Position numbers and translations under genes: made by a program | In this document: positions 50,674-59,903 of the stretch, piece after piece | How the letters are laid out: each line of letters begins with the position of its first letter | Numbering within the stretch: position 1 is the first letter of the stretch | The notes under the pieces: model-generated | The model's input: only the letters and a program-made list of their open reading frames with translations | What the model was told of the DNA's origin: nothing | The model's database searches: none | Origin: Anaerolineales bacterium | GTDB lineage: Bacteria; Chloroflexota; Anaerolineae; Anaerolineales; UBA6663 | Assembly (NCBI GenBank): GCA_044226485.1 | Contig: JBGAGY010000011.1 | Location: 168,806 to 232,805 of the forward strand | DNA length: 64,000 nt | Direction of reading: 5' to 3'

Positions 50674-52733
50674 GCAGTCACCTTCTCCGCCTGGTTTCAG
50701 GGTGAACATCACTTCTGGCGACCGCCCTATCAGTGCGCCCCGCTGGTCGAATGGATGCGAGGGCGAAACTGTCTGCTAAGGCGACGGGGCCGTTGCTGCT
50801 GTGACCAAACCTGTGACCCGCCCGCAGCCGGATCATGGTACAAGTGGGATAGGTATAGGGTTGAGATGACAAACGGTGGCGGCGACTCGAATCCCATGGG
50901 CCAGCAGGCGACGGCGAGGACAACTCATCGCGTGGGTCGGGCGAGGTCCGAACGACGCTCTCCACGCGCGCTCGGACTTGTGTATGGGCTGGTGGCGGCG
51001 ACGCTGATGGCGTTGCTCGGCTACACCTACGGACTGATGGTGGCCCTGCCCTATGCGGGTTGGGATGGTCTCGGGGCCGATGGGACGATCCAGTATGTCT
51101 GGCGAACCGACACGGGATTGCGTGAAGGTGACAAGTTGCTGTCGGTGGATGGCCGGGCCGTGACCGACTTCCGTCGTGATCTTCGGCAGCCATTCTGGTC
51201 TTCCAGTCATTCCGAGACCGTGACCTACACGGTTGAACGCGACGGCCAAAGGCTGAACCTCACGGCCCCGCTGTCGCGCTTCACTTCCCGCGAACTCGAA
51301 GAACGGCTGCTCAGTCAATGGTTTCTGGCGTGGGCCTTTGCCCTGGCCGGCCTGGCCATCATGCTGGTCGTGCGGCCGAGGGACACGCGCTGGTGGCTGC
51401 TGGTCGTCTTCCACGCTCTGACCGCGCTCTGGCTGAGTGCCAGCAGCCTCTCACGGTGGCACGCCTGGGAAAGCATGCTGCTTCTGCACGCGGCGATCTG
51501 GGCGAGTGTGCCGGTGAACTGGCATCTGCACTGGATCTTTCCGACGTCTCTGACCCGCGTGCCGCGCGTCGCCTGGATCGGCGCGTACGGTCTGGCCACG
51601 CTGCTGATCGTGGCCGAGCTGGCGCAAGTCGTCCCCGCCTCCACCTACAACATCGGATTCCTGCTGGCGCTCAGCGGCGTGCTGGTGCCCTGGATTGTGC
51701 GGGCCGTGCGTCGCCAGATGCCGCCGGGCGCGCGCCTGATGCTCATCGCGGTTGTCGCCGCTATCGTGCCCACGCTGGTGTTCAGCAGCTTGTATTGGAC
51801 GCAGCGCCCGGTCCTTGCCGCCGGCCTGGGCTTGCTCGCGTTGCCTATACTGCCAGCTGCGTACGTCTACATGGCCAGCCGCCGACAATTGGGCGGCCTT
51901 GAACTTTGGGCCAATCGTGCGCTGGCCGCCTATCTCTACGCGCTCGGCACGATGTTCCTGGCCGCTCTGGCGGCTATGACGGTCTGGCAACTGGCGCCTG
52001 ACAGTTCGATCGTCCTGGGCACCGCTGTGGGTTTGACGGCCATCGTTGCCATCCTCACTCCCAGTCTTTTCCCGTCGGTGCAACGTTGGATCGAACGCCA
52101 TCTGCTGGGATTGCCTTGGGATCGCGACCGTCTGGTCGAAGGCTATCTGGCACAGATCGTGGCCGCGACCGACCTCTCAAGCCTGGTCCATGCCCTTCGC
52201 GATAAGATCCTGCCCTCGCTGCTCGTGCGCCAATCCGTGCTATACCAGATCAACGAGGTCCAGTCGCCCGAACTGATCTATGAGCACGGCATTGCCCAGA
52301 ATGCACTGATCGATCAGCAGACCTTGAGCGCCTGGAGTCACAACTCGTCTGAACCGGAGGGATGGGTGCGCCTGATCCTGCCACTGAAGCTGGACGGCGA
52401 TCCGGTCGGGCTGCTCCTGCTGGGCGCGCACGATCCCGATGACGTCTATACCGCCTCTGAGCGCGCACTCCTGCGCACAATAGCTGATCAGACCGCGATC
52501 GCGCTGGCCCACGCGCGCCGAACCGAGCAACTTCGCCTGCTGTTTCAGGCGAACATCGAACGGCATGAAGCCGAGCGAGCCGCGTTGGGCCGTGACCTTC
52601 ATGACGACATTCTGCAGCAGATGGCGGTGCTGGCGACCCATGCCCCCAATCCGGCCGGAGACGCAGCTTACGCGTCGATTGTGAGCCGCACCCGGCAGAT
52701 GATCAGCGGCCTGCGTCCGGTGATGCTGGACTA

Positions 52734-53567
52734 GAAGTCATCCTAAAAATGGCGCCTGAGCAGAATGCAGATGCAGGCCAACTGGACAAAGGCCAAGTAG
52801 TTCTCGATTTTGCGCTCGTAGCGGATCACGATCCGGCGGAAGTTCTGGAGCCAAGCGTTGGTCCGCTCGATCTTCCAGCGTCGTTTGTAGCGGCGCAACG
52901 GTCGTCCATCTTGGGTGAACCGGCGTCGGTTCGAACGGTTCGGCGCGATCAGTTCAATGCCTCGGCGAGCAAGGCGAGCATCATGTCCGTCACTATCGTA
53001 GGCTCCGTCGCCGATGAGGCGGCGGGGTCGAGCCGGGACAAAACGGGCTGCAAGAGTCGGTTCAACGAGGGCGATTTCAGCCGTCGAAGCAGCCGATACG
53101 TGAATGGCGACAGGAAGACCAGTGCGGTCTGCGATTGCCATGATTTTGCAGCCTTTTCCACGCCGCGTCTTGCCGATCGCGGCTCCCCCTTTTTCGCGGA
53201 GACGAAGGTGGCGTCGATGAAGCACTCCGAGAGATCCAGCTTGCCGCGCCGTTTGAGATCACGGGCCAGCGCTTTGAGGACCTTCTCGAACACGCCGGAC
53301 CTGACCCACTCCTGGAACCGCTTGTGGCAGGTCGACTTGGACGGGTATCGCGGAGAGGGCAGATCCTCCCACTGCGCACCCGTGCGCATCACCCACAGAA
53401 TGCCGTTCAGCACCGCTCGATCCGGGCAGCGCGGCCGGCCTTTGCCGTCGGCTCGTGCCGGTCGCTTGGGGATCAAGGGCTCAACCACCGCCCACTGTGC
53501 ATCCGTTAGGTCCATGGCTGCCGCACCTCTCGGTACGGCGCAGTGTACCCATTTTTAGGATAGCTTC
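52734..53567 (-). mobile_element. IS5-family (IS427-group-like) insertion sequence, 834 bp
   Basis: Inverted repeats gaagtcatcctaaaaatgg / gaagctatcctaaaaatgg. TA direct duplication at 52732-52733 and 53568-53569. Confidence 0.85.
52743..53515 (-). CDS. IS5/IS427-type DDE transposase, two overlapping frames joined by a putative -1 frameshift
   Basis: orfA LTDAQWAVVEPLIPKR...LNGILWVMRTGAQWEDLP. orfB ...IGDGAYDSDGHD...RWKIERTNAWLQNFRRI. The frames overlap at AAAAAGGGGG (complement of 53196-53205). Confidence 0.85.
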
Positions 53568-54355
53568 TACGGTCTGGCCGTCGCGCTCGAGCAGCTGGCC
53601 GATGATCTGGCCGATCGCGCCGGGTCCGGCCTTGACCTGCGGGTGAGCCTAACAGGCGAAGCGCGCTATTCGACGCTCGTGGAACAGCATGTCTATCGCA
53701 TCGTTCAGCAGGCTGCCGAGAACGCGCTCAAACATGCCCAGGGATCGTGGATAGAGATCTCGGGCACCCTCGACGCCGACGCTCTGGCGTTGTGGGTCAC
53801 CGACAACGGCGTCGGCATCCCCTTGGAGTTGACCACCGCTCTCGGGCCGCTGATCGCGCAACATCACTTTGGTCTTGCTGGCATGGTCGAGCGCGCGACT
53901 CTGATCGGCGCGGCTCTTGAGGTGCGGGCGCTGCCTCAAGGCGGCAGCACGGTGGGCGTGCGGTGGCCCAAGGCTAGCCATTCGTCATAGCTGGCATGCC
54001 CAGCACCACACGTGTTTGTGGAGTGGGACAGAGGATGGCCGCCGAACGCTCATCCAGGCGCCGCGCATAGATCGCGATCGGTTCTTTCGCGAAAACTCCC
54101 CCGAGGCCTCGCCGAGGCCGTCGACGAGTTCGCCTGAGAGGGTCTCAATTGTGCCGATCAGGCTGTCGCTCACGAACTGCGCAAACACCGCGACCTCCAC
54201 ACCCGTCCCCACACCGTTGTCGTCGTTGAACACAAGCGGAACCCCGGTAGCCTGAGGCTCTCCCCAGTCATCGGGAGCATCGATCTGGAATTTGTTGGCG
54301 CTCGTAGACTGTTTGGGTTCAGCTAAAGCCGGACAGTCGAGCCCCGTTTTGATTC

Positions 54356-55180
54356 CTACACTCTTGGCCTGATCGATGATAGGCCCGCCGCCAGGTGGGT
54401 CTCTTTGGCCATGAAGCGACGGGCAGCCAACCTGTCGCGTTTGATCTTCTCTCGGCGGTCCAGGATCTCCTTCGCTCGCCCAAAGTACACGTCCGCGGGC
54501 GTCAGGTTGTTCAGCGACTCGTGATAGCGGTGGTGGTCGTATTGCTCCACAAAGGATCGAATGGCGCGCTCGAGCGGCTCTGGCATGAAATAGTTCTCCA
54601 GCAGCACGATGTTCTTCATGGAGCGGTGATAGCGCTCGATCTTGCCCTGCGTCATCGGGTGGAACGGCGCCCCACGTGTGTGCTCAATGTTCTGCGCCTC
54701 CAGATACTCGCGCAACTCTTTGGAGAGATAGGCCGGTCCGTTGTCCGAGAGCAGCCGAGGTCGATGGCGCACGCGAGCGTGCTTGAGCCCCGAGGCTTTC
54801 AAGGCCAACTCGAGCGTGTCGAGCACATCGCTGGCGGCCATGGTGGACGTGAGCTTCCAGGCCAGGATGTAGCGTGAGAAGTCGTCCAGCACCGTGGAGA
54901 GGTCGTACCAGCCCCAACCCTGGATCTTGATGTAGGTGAAGTCGGTCTGCCAGAGCTCATTCACTCGCTTCGTGGGCGTGCCGAACGAGTCGGCAGCCGT
55001 GATCACCTCGAACGCCGGCGTCGTGACGAGATCGAACCGCTTGAGCAAGCGATAAACGCTGGATTCTGAGACGAAATACTGCTCTCGATCGGTGAAGAGC
55101 CAAGCGATTTCTCGCGCGAAGCCCTCGCGCGACGACTTATCCGGATACTCCAGAGCCAGTTCTAGGATTTGGCCGCGCAC
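54356..55180 (-). CDS. rve (DDE integrase-core) transposase segment
   Basis: LWQTDFTYIKIQGWGWYDLSTVLDDFSRYILAW...LLSDNGPAY...HPMTQGKIERYHRSMK. The N-terminal HTH part lies upstream, separated by an in-frame TAA. Confidence 0.8.
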   Translation of the reverse strand: MRGQILELALEYPDKSSREGFAREIAWLFTDREQYFVSESSVYRLLKRFDLVTTPAFEVITAADSFGTPTKRVNELWQTDFTYIKIQGWGWYDLSTVLDDFSRYILAWKLTSTMAASDVLDTLELALKASGLKHARVRHRPRLLSDNGPAYLSKELREYLEAQNIEHTRGAPFHPMTQGKIERYHRSMKNIVLLENYFMPEPLERAIRSFVEQYDHHRYHESLNNLTPADVYFGRAKEILDRREKIKRDRLAARRFMAKETHLAAGLSSIRPRV

Positions 55181-55280
55181 TTGCTCGGCGATGCGATTCC
55201 AAAACTGGCGCCGTTCCCTCTGCCGAGGCGAGAGCCCGTCCTCTCCTTCCTTTTAGTACTGGCGGTACCACTCATAGAAG

Positions 55281-55781
55281 CTACTGCGCGGCACGTTCAA
55301 TTGTTCTAGAACGCGGCCGGCAGGCAGAGGAGACTGCTCCACCACGCTGTTGATCTCCATTCTCTCGGCAGGTGAACGCCGGATCAGGCGTTCCATGGCT
55401 TCTCCCGACCCAGCAAGTTTTTTTCGAGCACGCGGTTCTTGAGGGAGAGCTCCACCACCAGCTGCTTGAGTTGGCTGACCTCATTGCGCAGCTAGCTGCG
55501 CCGCGCAACTCAAACACGCCGCGGCTATCGGCCTGGCGTTCGGTATCGCCGACCAGGCGCTTCTTGCCCCGCATCAAGGAACTCTTTGCTCCAGGTGTAA
55601 TAGAGGTTGGTGGCGATGCCTTCGCGCCGGCACCGTGCGGACCGTGTCCGCGCGCACAGCCGGTCTCGCCACGGATGCCTTCGAGGACGATGCGGATCTT
55701 GTCTTCAGCTGAGAACTTCCGCCGGGTCACCCGGCGGATGGTGCGAACGGTCTCTTCAACGGACGTCTTCTTCCTCGGCAT
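55281..55781 (-). pseudogene. IS orfA/HTH region with frameshifts
   Basis: Starts MPRKKTSVEETVRTIRRVTRRKFSAEDKIRIVLEGIRGE, then loses frame. EGIATNLYYTWSKEFLDAG is readable in another frame. Confidence 0.7.
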
Positions 55782-55866
55782 AGCGGCCTCCCTTGGGGCT
55801 ATACTATGGCCGGAAGTGTAACAATCTCAGAGGCTATTTTTGTCCGATTTCAGCTGACGACATACA

Positions 55867-55948
55867 GCCCGGCGACTCGCCGGTGAACCGAAGCCGGCAT
55901 TGACTTGGGGCCCCGGTTAGCCACGTCAGCTGCATGCGTTCGTTAGGC
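55867..55948 (-). repeat. attC site truncated by IS insertion
   Basis: gcccggcgactcgccggtgaaccgaagccggcattgacttggggccccggttagccacgtcagctgcatgcgttcgttaggc. The first ~45 nt of the consensus are missing at the IS junction. Confidence 0.8.
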
Positions 55949-56214
55949 GGTTTGAAGCTGTGCCAGAACCCCACTCTGGCCTCAAACCTCTTTGTTACGC
56001 CCTCGCCTGGCTCTCGACGGTTCTCCGCTAACGATCATTCCACCGCTCCATGCATCTTCCCATCTTGCGATTTCACGTAATCGTGTGACTGTCGCACAAT
56101 TTGCTCAAGGATGGGCAGCTCGATGTCGCTGAGCCGCGTGAGGTACACACAGACGCCTCTCGCCGTGTGCTTGCCCGGGCGCTCGAGCAGCAAGGATGCT
56201 GTTCAGGTTCACCA

Positions 56215-56730
56215 TCAAATCCTTCCCGTTGCGGGGCCGGATCGGATGAGGAAGTCGAGTTGCACGAAGCGTTGCTTCTTTCGTCGCTCGGTGCGGGGAT
56301 CAGTGACCCAGATCTCACAGCGGCTTGCAAAGGCATCGCCCTCGGGCGTCCGATCGCGATCAAACTCCAGCCCTTGTTCCGTCACCCAGTCGATCAGGTG
56401 GCCGTTCGAGCGCACGTCCTCGCCGCGATAGGTCAGGGTCGCATACTCGCCCGCCGGAATCACCCCCGCACGAACGCGCTGATCGCCCTTCAAAGGCTCG
56501 GGCACTACAAGGCCAACCTCTATCTCCATGATGCCTTTCATGTCGACAAGGTGCAGGCGCATGAAGATCGGGCCGTCATCGGGCGTCCCACTCGCTTTGA
56601 CCCAGCGGAGGAGTTCTCGCTCAAGCCGATCACGCTCGGCCAGCATGCCACGGTAAGGTGCAAATGCCCGGATACCAAGTGTATGTCGCTCGGCGCGTCT
56701 CGCAAGTGTGGGGCCTTCGGTGATCTCCAT
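56215..56730 (-). CDS. GyrI-like small-molecule-binding domain protein (cassette)
   Basis: 171 aa. IPAGEYATLTYRG and ...CEIWVTDPRTE typical of GyrI-like/AraC-effector-binding domains. Second member of this family in the window. Confidence 0.8.
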   Translation of the reverse strand: MEITEGPTLARRAERHTLGIRAFAPYRGMLAERDRLERELLRWVKASGTPDDGPIFMRLHLVDMKGIMEIEVGLVVPEPLKGDQRVRAGVIPAGEYATLTYRGEDVRSNGHLIDWVTEQGLEFDRDRTPEGDAFASRCEIWVTDPRTERRKKQRFVQLDFLIRSGPATGRI

Positions 56731-57010
56731 GTCTCATCCTTTCATGCTTTTTAGCAAATGGATTGGAAAATGGCAGGAACTATCATTTCGGTTTGTTGGC
56801 GGTTTTGCGTCGAAATTCGTAATGTGTCTGAACGAAGACTGTTTTCCCTGCCCCAACAACTGAACAAAGCGGATTCTATCGGCAACAGCGACAAAAAGGG
56901 TTTGATCCGGTCGACTTTGGCTGTCACCCTCGAATCCGGCGGTCTTGACAGCGTGACAAGTATATGACCTAACCATTTCTGTATTCGGAACTTCTGCGCC
57001 CGCGGGGTCC

Positions 57011-57139
57011 GCCTAACGGCCCGCATCAGCTGCGTGGCGGGTGAACCGAGGCCGGGCTGCCCGAAGGCGCGCCGGTGAACCGAGACCGGCACGGCTTGGG
57101 GCCCCAGTTAGCCACGTCAGCTGCATGCGTTCGTTAGCC
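57011..57139 (-). repeat. attC site
   Basis: gcctaacggcccgcatcagctgcgtggcgggtgaaccgaggccg...gccggtgaaccgagaccggc...cttggggccccagttagccacgtcagctgcatgcgttcgttagcc. Confidence 0.9.
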
Positions 57140-57173
57140 GGCCGGTGGTCTTTGAGCCAACGACTGCCTCCCA

Positions 57174-58370
57174 TCATAGGGCTTCCACCAATCTCACTGC
57201 CTCGCTAACACCATCTTCATCGGCACGAATGGCAGCGCCCAAGGCACCGGATTTCGCACGCATTGAAACATCAGATATGGCCTGTTCGATGGATCGCGCC
57301 AGTTTGTCAACGGTCATGTGGCCACGCGAAAAGTACCGAGGGCCTACGCCCATTTCAAAGACGCGCTGCCCCCAGTAGTATTGATCGATGATGTGTGGGA
57401 TCACAATACTGGGCACACCCGCGCATAACCCCGCAGCTGTCGTGCCAAAGCCACCGTGGTGAATCACCGCCGTCACCTGATCGAATAGCCAAGCGTGTGG
57501 CAGCGAGCCAGCGGAATATACCGTGGGCGGCACAACCAACGTTTCCAGAATATCTCCCCAACCTTGCACAATGGCACGCGCTCCCGTTCGGCGCAGCGCC
57601 TCCAATACCATCTGCGCGCTTTGCCGGCCCTTGGTCGCCCCCATGACGCCTAGGCTGACCGCCACGGGCCGATCGCCAGCAAGCAAAAAGTCGAGCAACG
57701 CAGGCGGCGGTGCCCAACCGGGGGGAGGACGCGCGCACCAATAGTTGGTCTGATGTACCTGTGGTAGCCACCGTGGGTTTGCTGGCGCTACATGGTGGCT
57801 GACAGGCAGCAATATCAGGCGCGGCGAAAGCATGGTGGTGATGTCTTTCACCAACGGTGCGTTCACTCTTTTGCGAAAGCGGTTCGTGGGGCCGACAAAG
57901 AGTCTTCCGAGCGTCCAACCAAAGAGCCTTTCGATCACGGTTGGCGGGCCAGCCGGGAGAGTAGGAACACGCGCTGGCTGGAGGGTCACGCTGATCCACG
58001 GCTTGTTCAGCTTTTCAGCTTCGACCACACCACTCCCAGTATCCGACGTGACTACCAGATCCGCAGTCATGCAAAGCGCCAAAACGTCGGAGTAGGCATC
58101 TTGCACGAGTCGTCCGGCCAACTGCATCACGCGGATCATTCCCAGCCACATATTACCGAATGATCGCGCCATCAGTCGTGCGCCTTCAACGCCCATATCC
58201 ACCGGGTGCCCCACCGGTGCCGCTTGGAGGCCGTGTTGCTCAACCAATGGGCAGAGTGTCGGGTTGGTGGCCAGCGTCACATCATGGCCGGCATCCCTGA
58301 GACCCTCGCCCAAGACGATATAGGGTTGCACGTCACCACGTGATCCAATGGTAGCAACGATGATCTTCAT
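57174..58370 (-). CDS. GT1-family UDP-glycosyltransferase (MGT/sterol-glucosyltransferase-like) (cassette)
   Basis: KIIVATIGSRGDVQPYIVLGEGL N-terminal motif. C-terminal donor-binding HHGGFGTTAAGLCAGVPSIVIPHIIDQ. Confidence 0.9.
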   Translation of the reverse strand: MKIIVATIGSRGDVQPYIVLGEGLRDAGHDVTLATNPTLCPLVEQHGLQAAPVGHPVDMGVEGARLMARSFGNMWLGMIRVMQLAGRLVQDAYSDVLALCMTADLVVTSDTGSGVVEAEKLNKPWISVTLQPARVPTLPAGPPTVIERLFGWTLGRLFVGPTNRFRKRVNAPLVKDITTMLSPRLILLPVSHHVAPANPRWLPQVHQTNYWCARPPPGWAPPPALLDFLLAGDRPVAVSLGVMGATKGRQSAQMVLEALRRTGARAIVQGWGDILETLVVPPTVYSAGSLPHAWLFDQVTAVIHHGGFGTTAAGLCAGVPSIVIPHIIDQYYWGQRVFEMGVGPRYFSRGHMTVDKLARSIEQAISDVSMRAKSGALGAAIRADEDGVSEAVRLVEAL

Positions 58371-58388
58371 TTTGACATCCCAAGAGCC

Positions 58389-58484
58389 GGCTAACGGCCC
58401 GCATCAGCTGCGTGGCGGATGAGCCGAGGCCGCCCTACCCGAAGAGACGCCGGTGAACCGAGGCCGGCCTGGCTTGGGGCCCCC
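58389..58484 (-). repeat. attC site lacking its right-coordinate arm
   Basis: ggctaacggcccgcatcagctgcgtggcggatgagccgaggccg...ggtgaaccgaggccggcctggcttggggcccc, then unrelated sequence. No GCCACGTCAGCTG...GTTAGGC arm. Confidence 0.75.
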
Positions 58485-58634
58485 TCAATCCGTGCCCCGC
58501 GTAGATTTCTCGATCCTTGGGCACAGCGGACCCTTCCAAGCATACCCACAGTAAAAGGAAGCGGGCACAGAATGCCACCGAAATGGTAGGATTACGACGA
58601 ACTCGCGGATTTCACCGCAGAGAATGGTATCCGA

Positions 58635-59051
58635 ATGGACGTACAAGAACAAATCGACCAATACATCGCAAGCCAACCCGAACCCAAACGTCGCGACGTG
58701 CAGGAGTTGCATGGCCTCATTCGGAAAGTGATGCCGACGGACAAGTTGTGGTTTCTGGACGGCAAGGACAGCGCCAACAAAACGGTGTCCAATCCAAATA
58801 TCGGATACGGCTCTCACACAATTGCGTACGCTGATGGAACATCCAGAGAGTTTTATCGAGTGGGTTTGAGCGCAAACAAGGCCGGGATATCGGTCTACAT
58901 CCTGGGACTGCAGGACAAGACATACTTGGCCCAGACATATGGCGAACAACTGGGCAAAGCGAAAGTGACCGGCTATTGCATCAGGTTTCGGAGCCTAAAG
59001 GACATTAACCGTGATGTCCTTGAAAAGGCAATACGAGATGGAGCTAGGTGA
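58635..59051 (+). CDS. DUF1801 (YdhG-like) domain protein (cassette, inverted orientation)
   Basis: 138 aa. ...QYIASQPEPKRRDVQELHGLIRKVMP...GYCIRFRSLKDINRDVLEKAIRDG layout typical of DUF1801. GC lower than the flanking attCs. Confidence 0.75.
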   Translation: MDVQEQIDQYIASQPEPKRRDVQELHGLIRKVMPTDKLWFLDGKDSANKTVSNPNIGYGSHTIAYADGTSREFYRVGLSANKAGISVYILGLQDKTYLAQTYGEQLGKAKVTGYCIRFRSLKDINRDVLEKAIRDGAR

Positions 59052-59106
59052 GGCCACAGAGTGCCCATACTAGCCGTTAGCCCTACCTACCGTCTCTCCT
59101 TCGAGC

Positions 59107-59235
59107 GCCTAACGGCTCGCATCAGCTGCGTGGCGGGTGAGCCGAGGCCGCACCGCCCGACGACTCGCCAGTGAACCGAGGCCGGCACGGTTTGGGCACC
59201 CAGTTAGCCACGTCAGCTGCATGCGTTCGTTAGGC
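59107..59235 (-). repeat. attC site
   Basis: gcctaacggctcgcatcagctgcgtggcgggtgagccgaggccg...cagtgaaccgaggccggc...tttgggcacccagttagccacgtcagctgcatgcgttcgttaggc. Confidence 0.9.
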
Positions 59236-59325
59236 CGCCGTTTGCCTGCAGACTCCATCCAGACGACTATCTCTGGCCACACTCACAACCGACAACCCTC
59301 TTTGCCCGTGGAAGCTTTTTGATGG

Positions 59326-59733
59326 CTACAGCTCCCTGACCACGTCAAGAACGGGCTTCACATCGATAATCGGCGTCGCATCAAACGCCTCCAGATCCAA
59401 CACCTTGATCCGAGTCGGACTTTCGATCTGCACGATCCTCACTCGGTGGATTCCTACAGGATTGGGACGATCCTGCGACCGGGTGCTGAACACCCCTCGC
59501 AGCGGAACGCGCGAATCGTCCCGGGGATGCACGCTCAATACCTCGCGATCACCTCGATCAAGCCACGTGAGCACCAAGATCTCCTCCCCGGCGCGCAGGT
59601 CCTTCAACCCTTGTTCGAACTCTGGCTCGAAAACCAGCCAGGCTTCGGGCGCTCCTTCGAAACCCTGCTTCGGTGCATGTTCCCGATCCACGAGGGGCGA
59701 GCGAACATGACCGATCGGCTTGAGCGTAAACAT
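59326..59733 (-). CDS. TsaA/TrmO-like (UPF0066) domain protein (cassette)
   Basis: LKPIGHVRSP...GVFSTRSQDRPNPVGIHRVRIV...LDLEAFDATPIIDVKP are characteristic of the TrmO N-terminal beta-barrel. Confidence 0.85.
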   Translation of the reverse strand: MFTLKPIGHVRSPLVDREHAPKQGFEGAPEAWLVFEPEFEQGLKDLRAGEEILVLTWLDRGDREVLSVHPRDDSRVPLRGVFSTRSQDRPNPVGIHRVRIVQIESPTRIKVLDLEAFDATPIIDVKPVLDVVREL

Positions 59734-59760
59734 CCGATTCGCCTCCTATTTGGTGGAGCG

Positions 59761-59890
59761 GCCTAACGGCCGGGCATCAGCTGCAGGGCGGATGAGCCGA
59801 GGCCGAGTTGCCCGACGACTCGCCGGTGAACCGAGACCGGCCTGGCTTGGGGCCCCGATTAGCCACGTCAGCTGCATGCGTTCGTTAGGT
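59761..59890 (-). repeat. attC site
   Basis: gcctaacggccgggcatcagctgcagggcggatgagccgaggccg...gccggtgaaccgagaccggc...cttggggccccgattagccacgtcagctgcatgcgttcgttaggt. Confidence 0.9.
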
Positions 59891-59903
59891 GGCTTTCCGA
59901 CGA

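Larger units (their letters stand above)
50755..53990 (+). pseudogene. multi-TM GAF/HisKA_3 sensor histidine kinase interrupted by an IS
   Basis: The reading frame ...SGLRPVMLD stops at 52732-52734, where the IS begins. It resumes in frame at 53568 (Y)GLAVALEQLADDL...HATPase_c (VTDNGVGIP). Removing 52734-53569 restores one ORF. Confidence 0.85.
54310..55866 (-). mobile_element. IS3/IS481-type insertion sequence, copy 2 (better preserved, inverted relative to copy 1)
   Basis: Same termini as copy 1. The right flank (55867 onward) continues directly into the middle of an attC repeat. Confidence 0.85.

Noticed and set aside
53985-54309. Minus-strand open frame abutting the IS copy 2 end (…KFQIDAPDDWGEPQATGVPLVFNDDNGVGTGVEVAVFAQF…), possibly a gene truncated by the IS.
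   Set aside because: There is no start codon within the fragment and I cannot assign a family. The evidence is insufficient to call it a pseudogene.
47943-55866. The IS pair plus the enclosed two-component system as a bona fide composite transposon.
   Set aside because: I could find no matching target-site duplications at the outer or inner junctions, even allowing for an inversion between the copies. Copy 1 is too decayed to be active. I report it only as a composite-like arrangement.
56731-57010. A 280-nt low-GC leader upstream of the GyrI-like cassette gene, considered as a riboswitch, sRNA or promoter (TTGACA at 56945-56950 on the plus strand).
   Set aside because: I recognise no conserved riboswitch motif. 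The TTGACA has no properly spaced -10 and points away from the cassette gene.
56751-57092. ORF-track entries beginning M(P/A)VSVHRR...GLGSPATQLMRAVRR, and similar ones (13673-13900, 28944-29132, the N-termini of 60663-61244, 61635-62075 and 26855-27274, and the plus-strand MSRGR... ORFs at 12788, 13849 and 59137).
   Set aside because: These are translations of the attC repeat itself, so the same peptide recurs at every copy. Real starts were placed downstream of the repeats.
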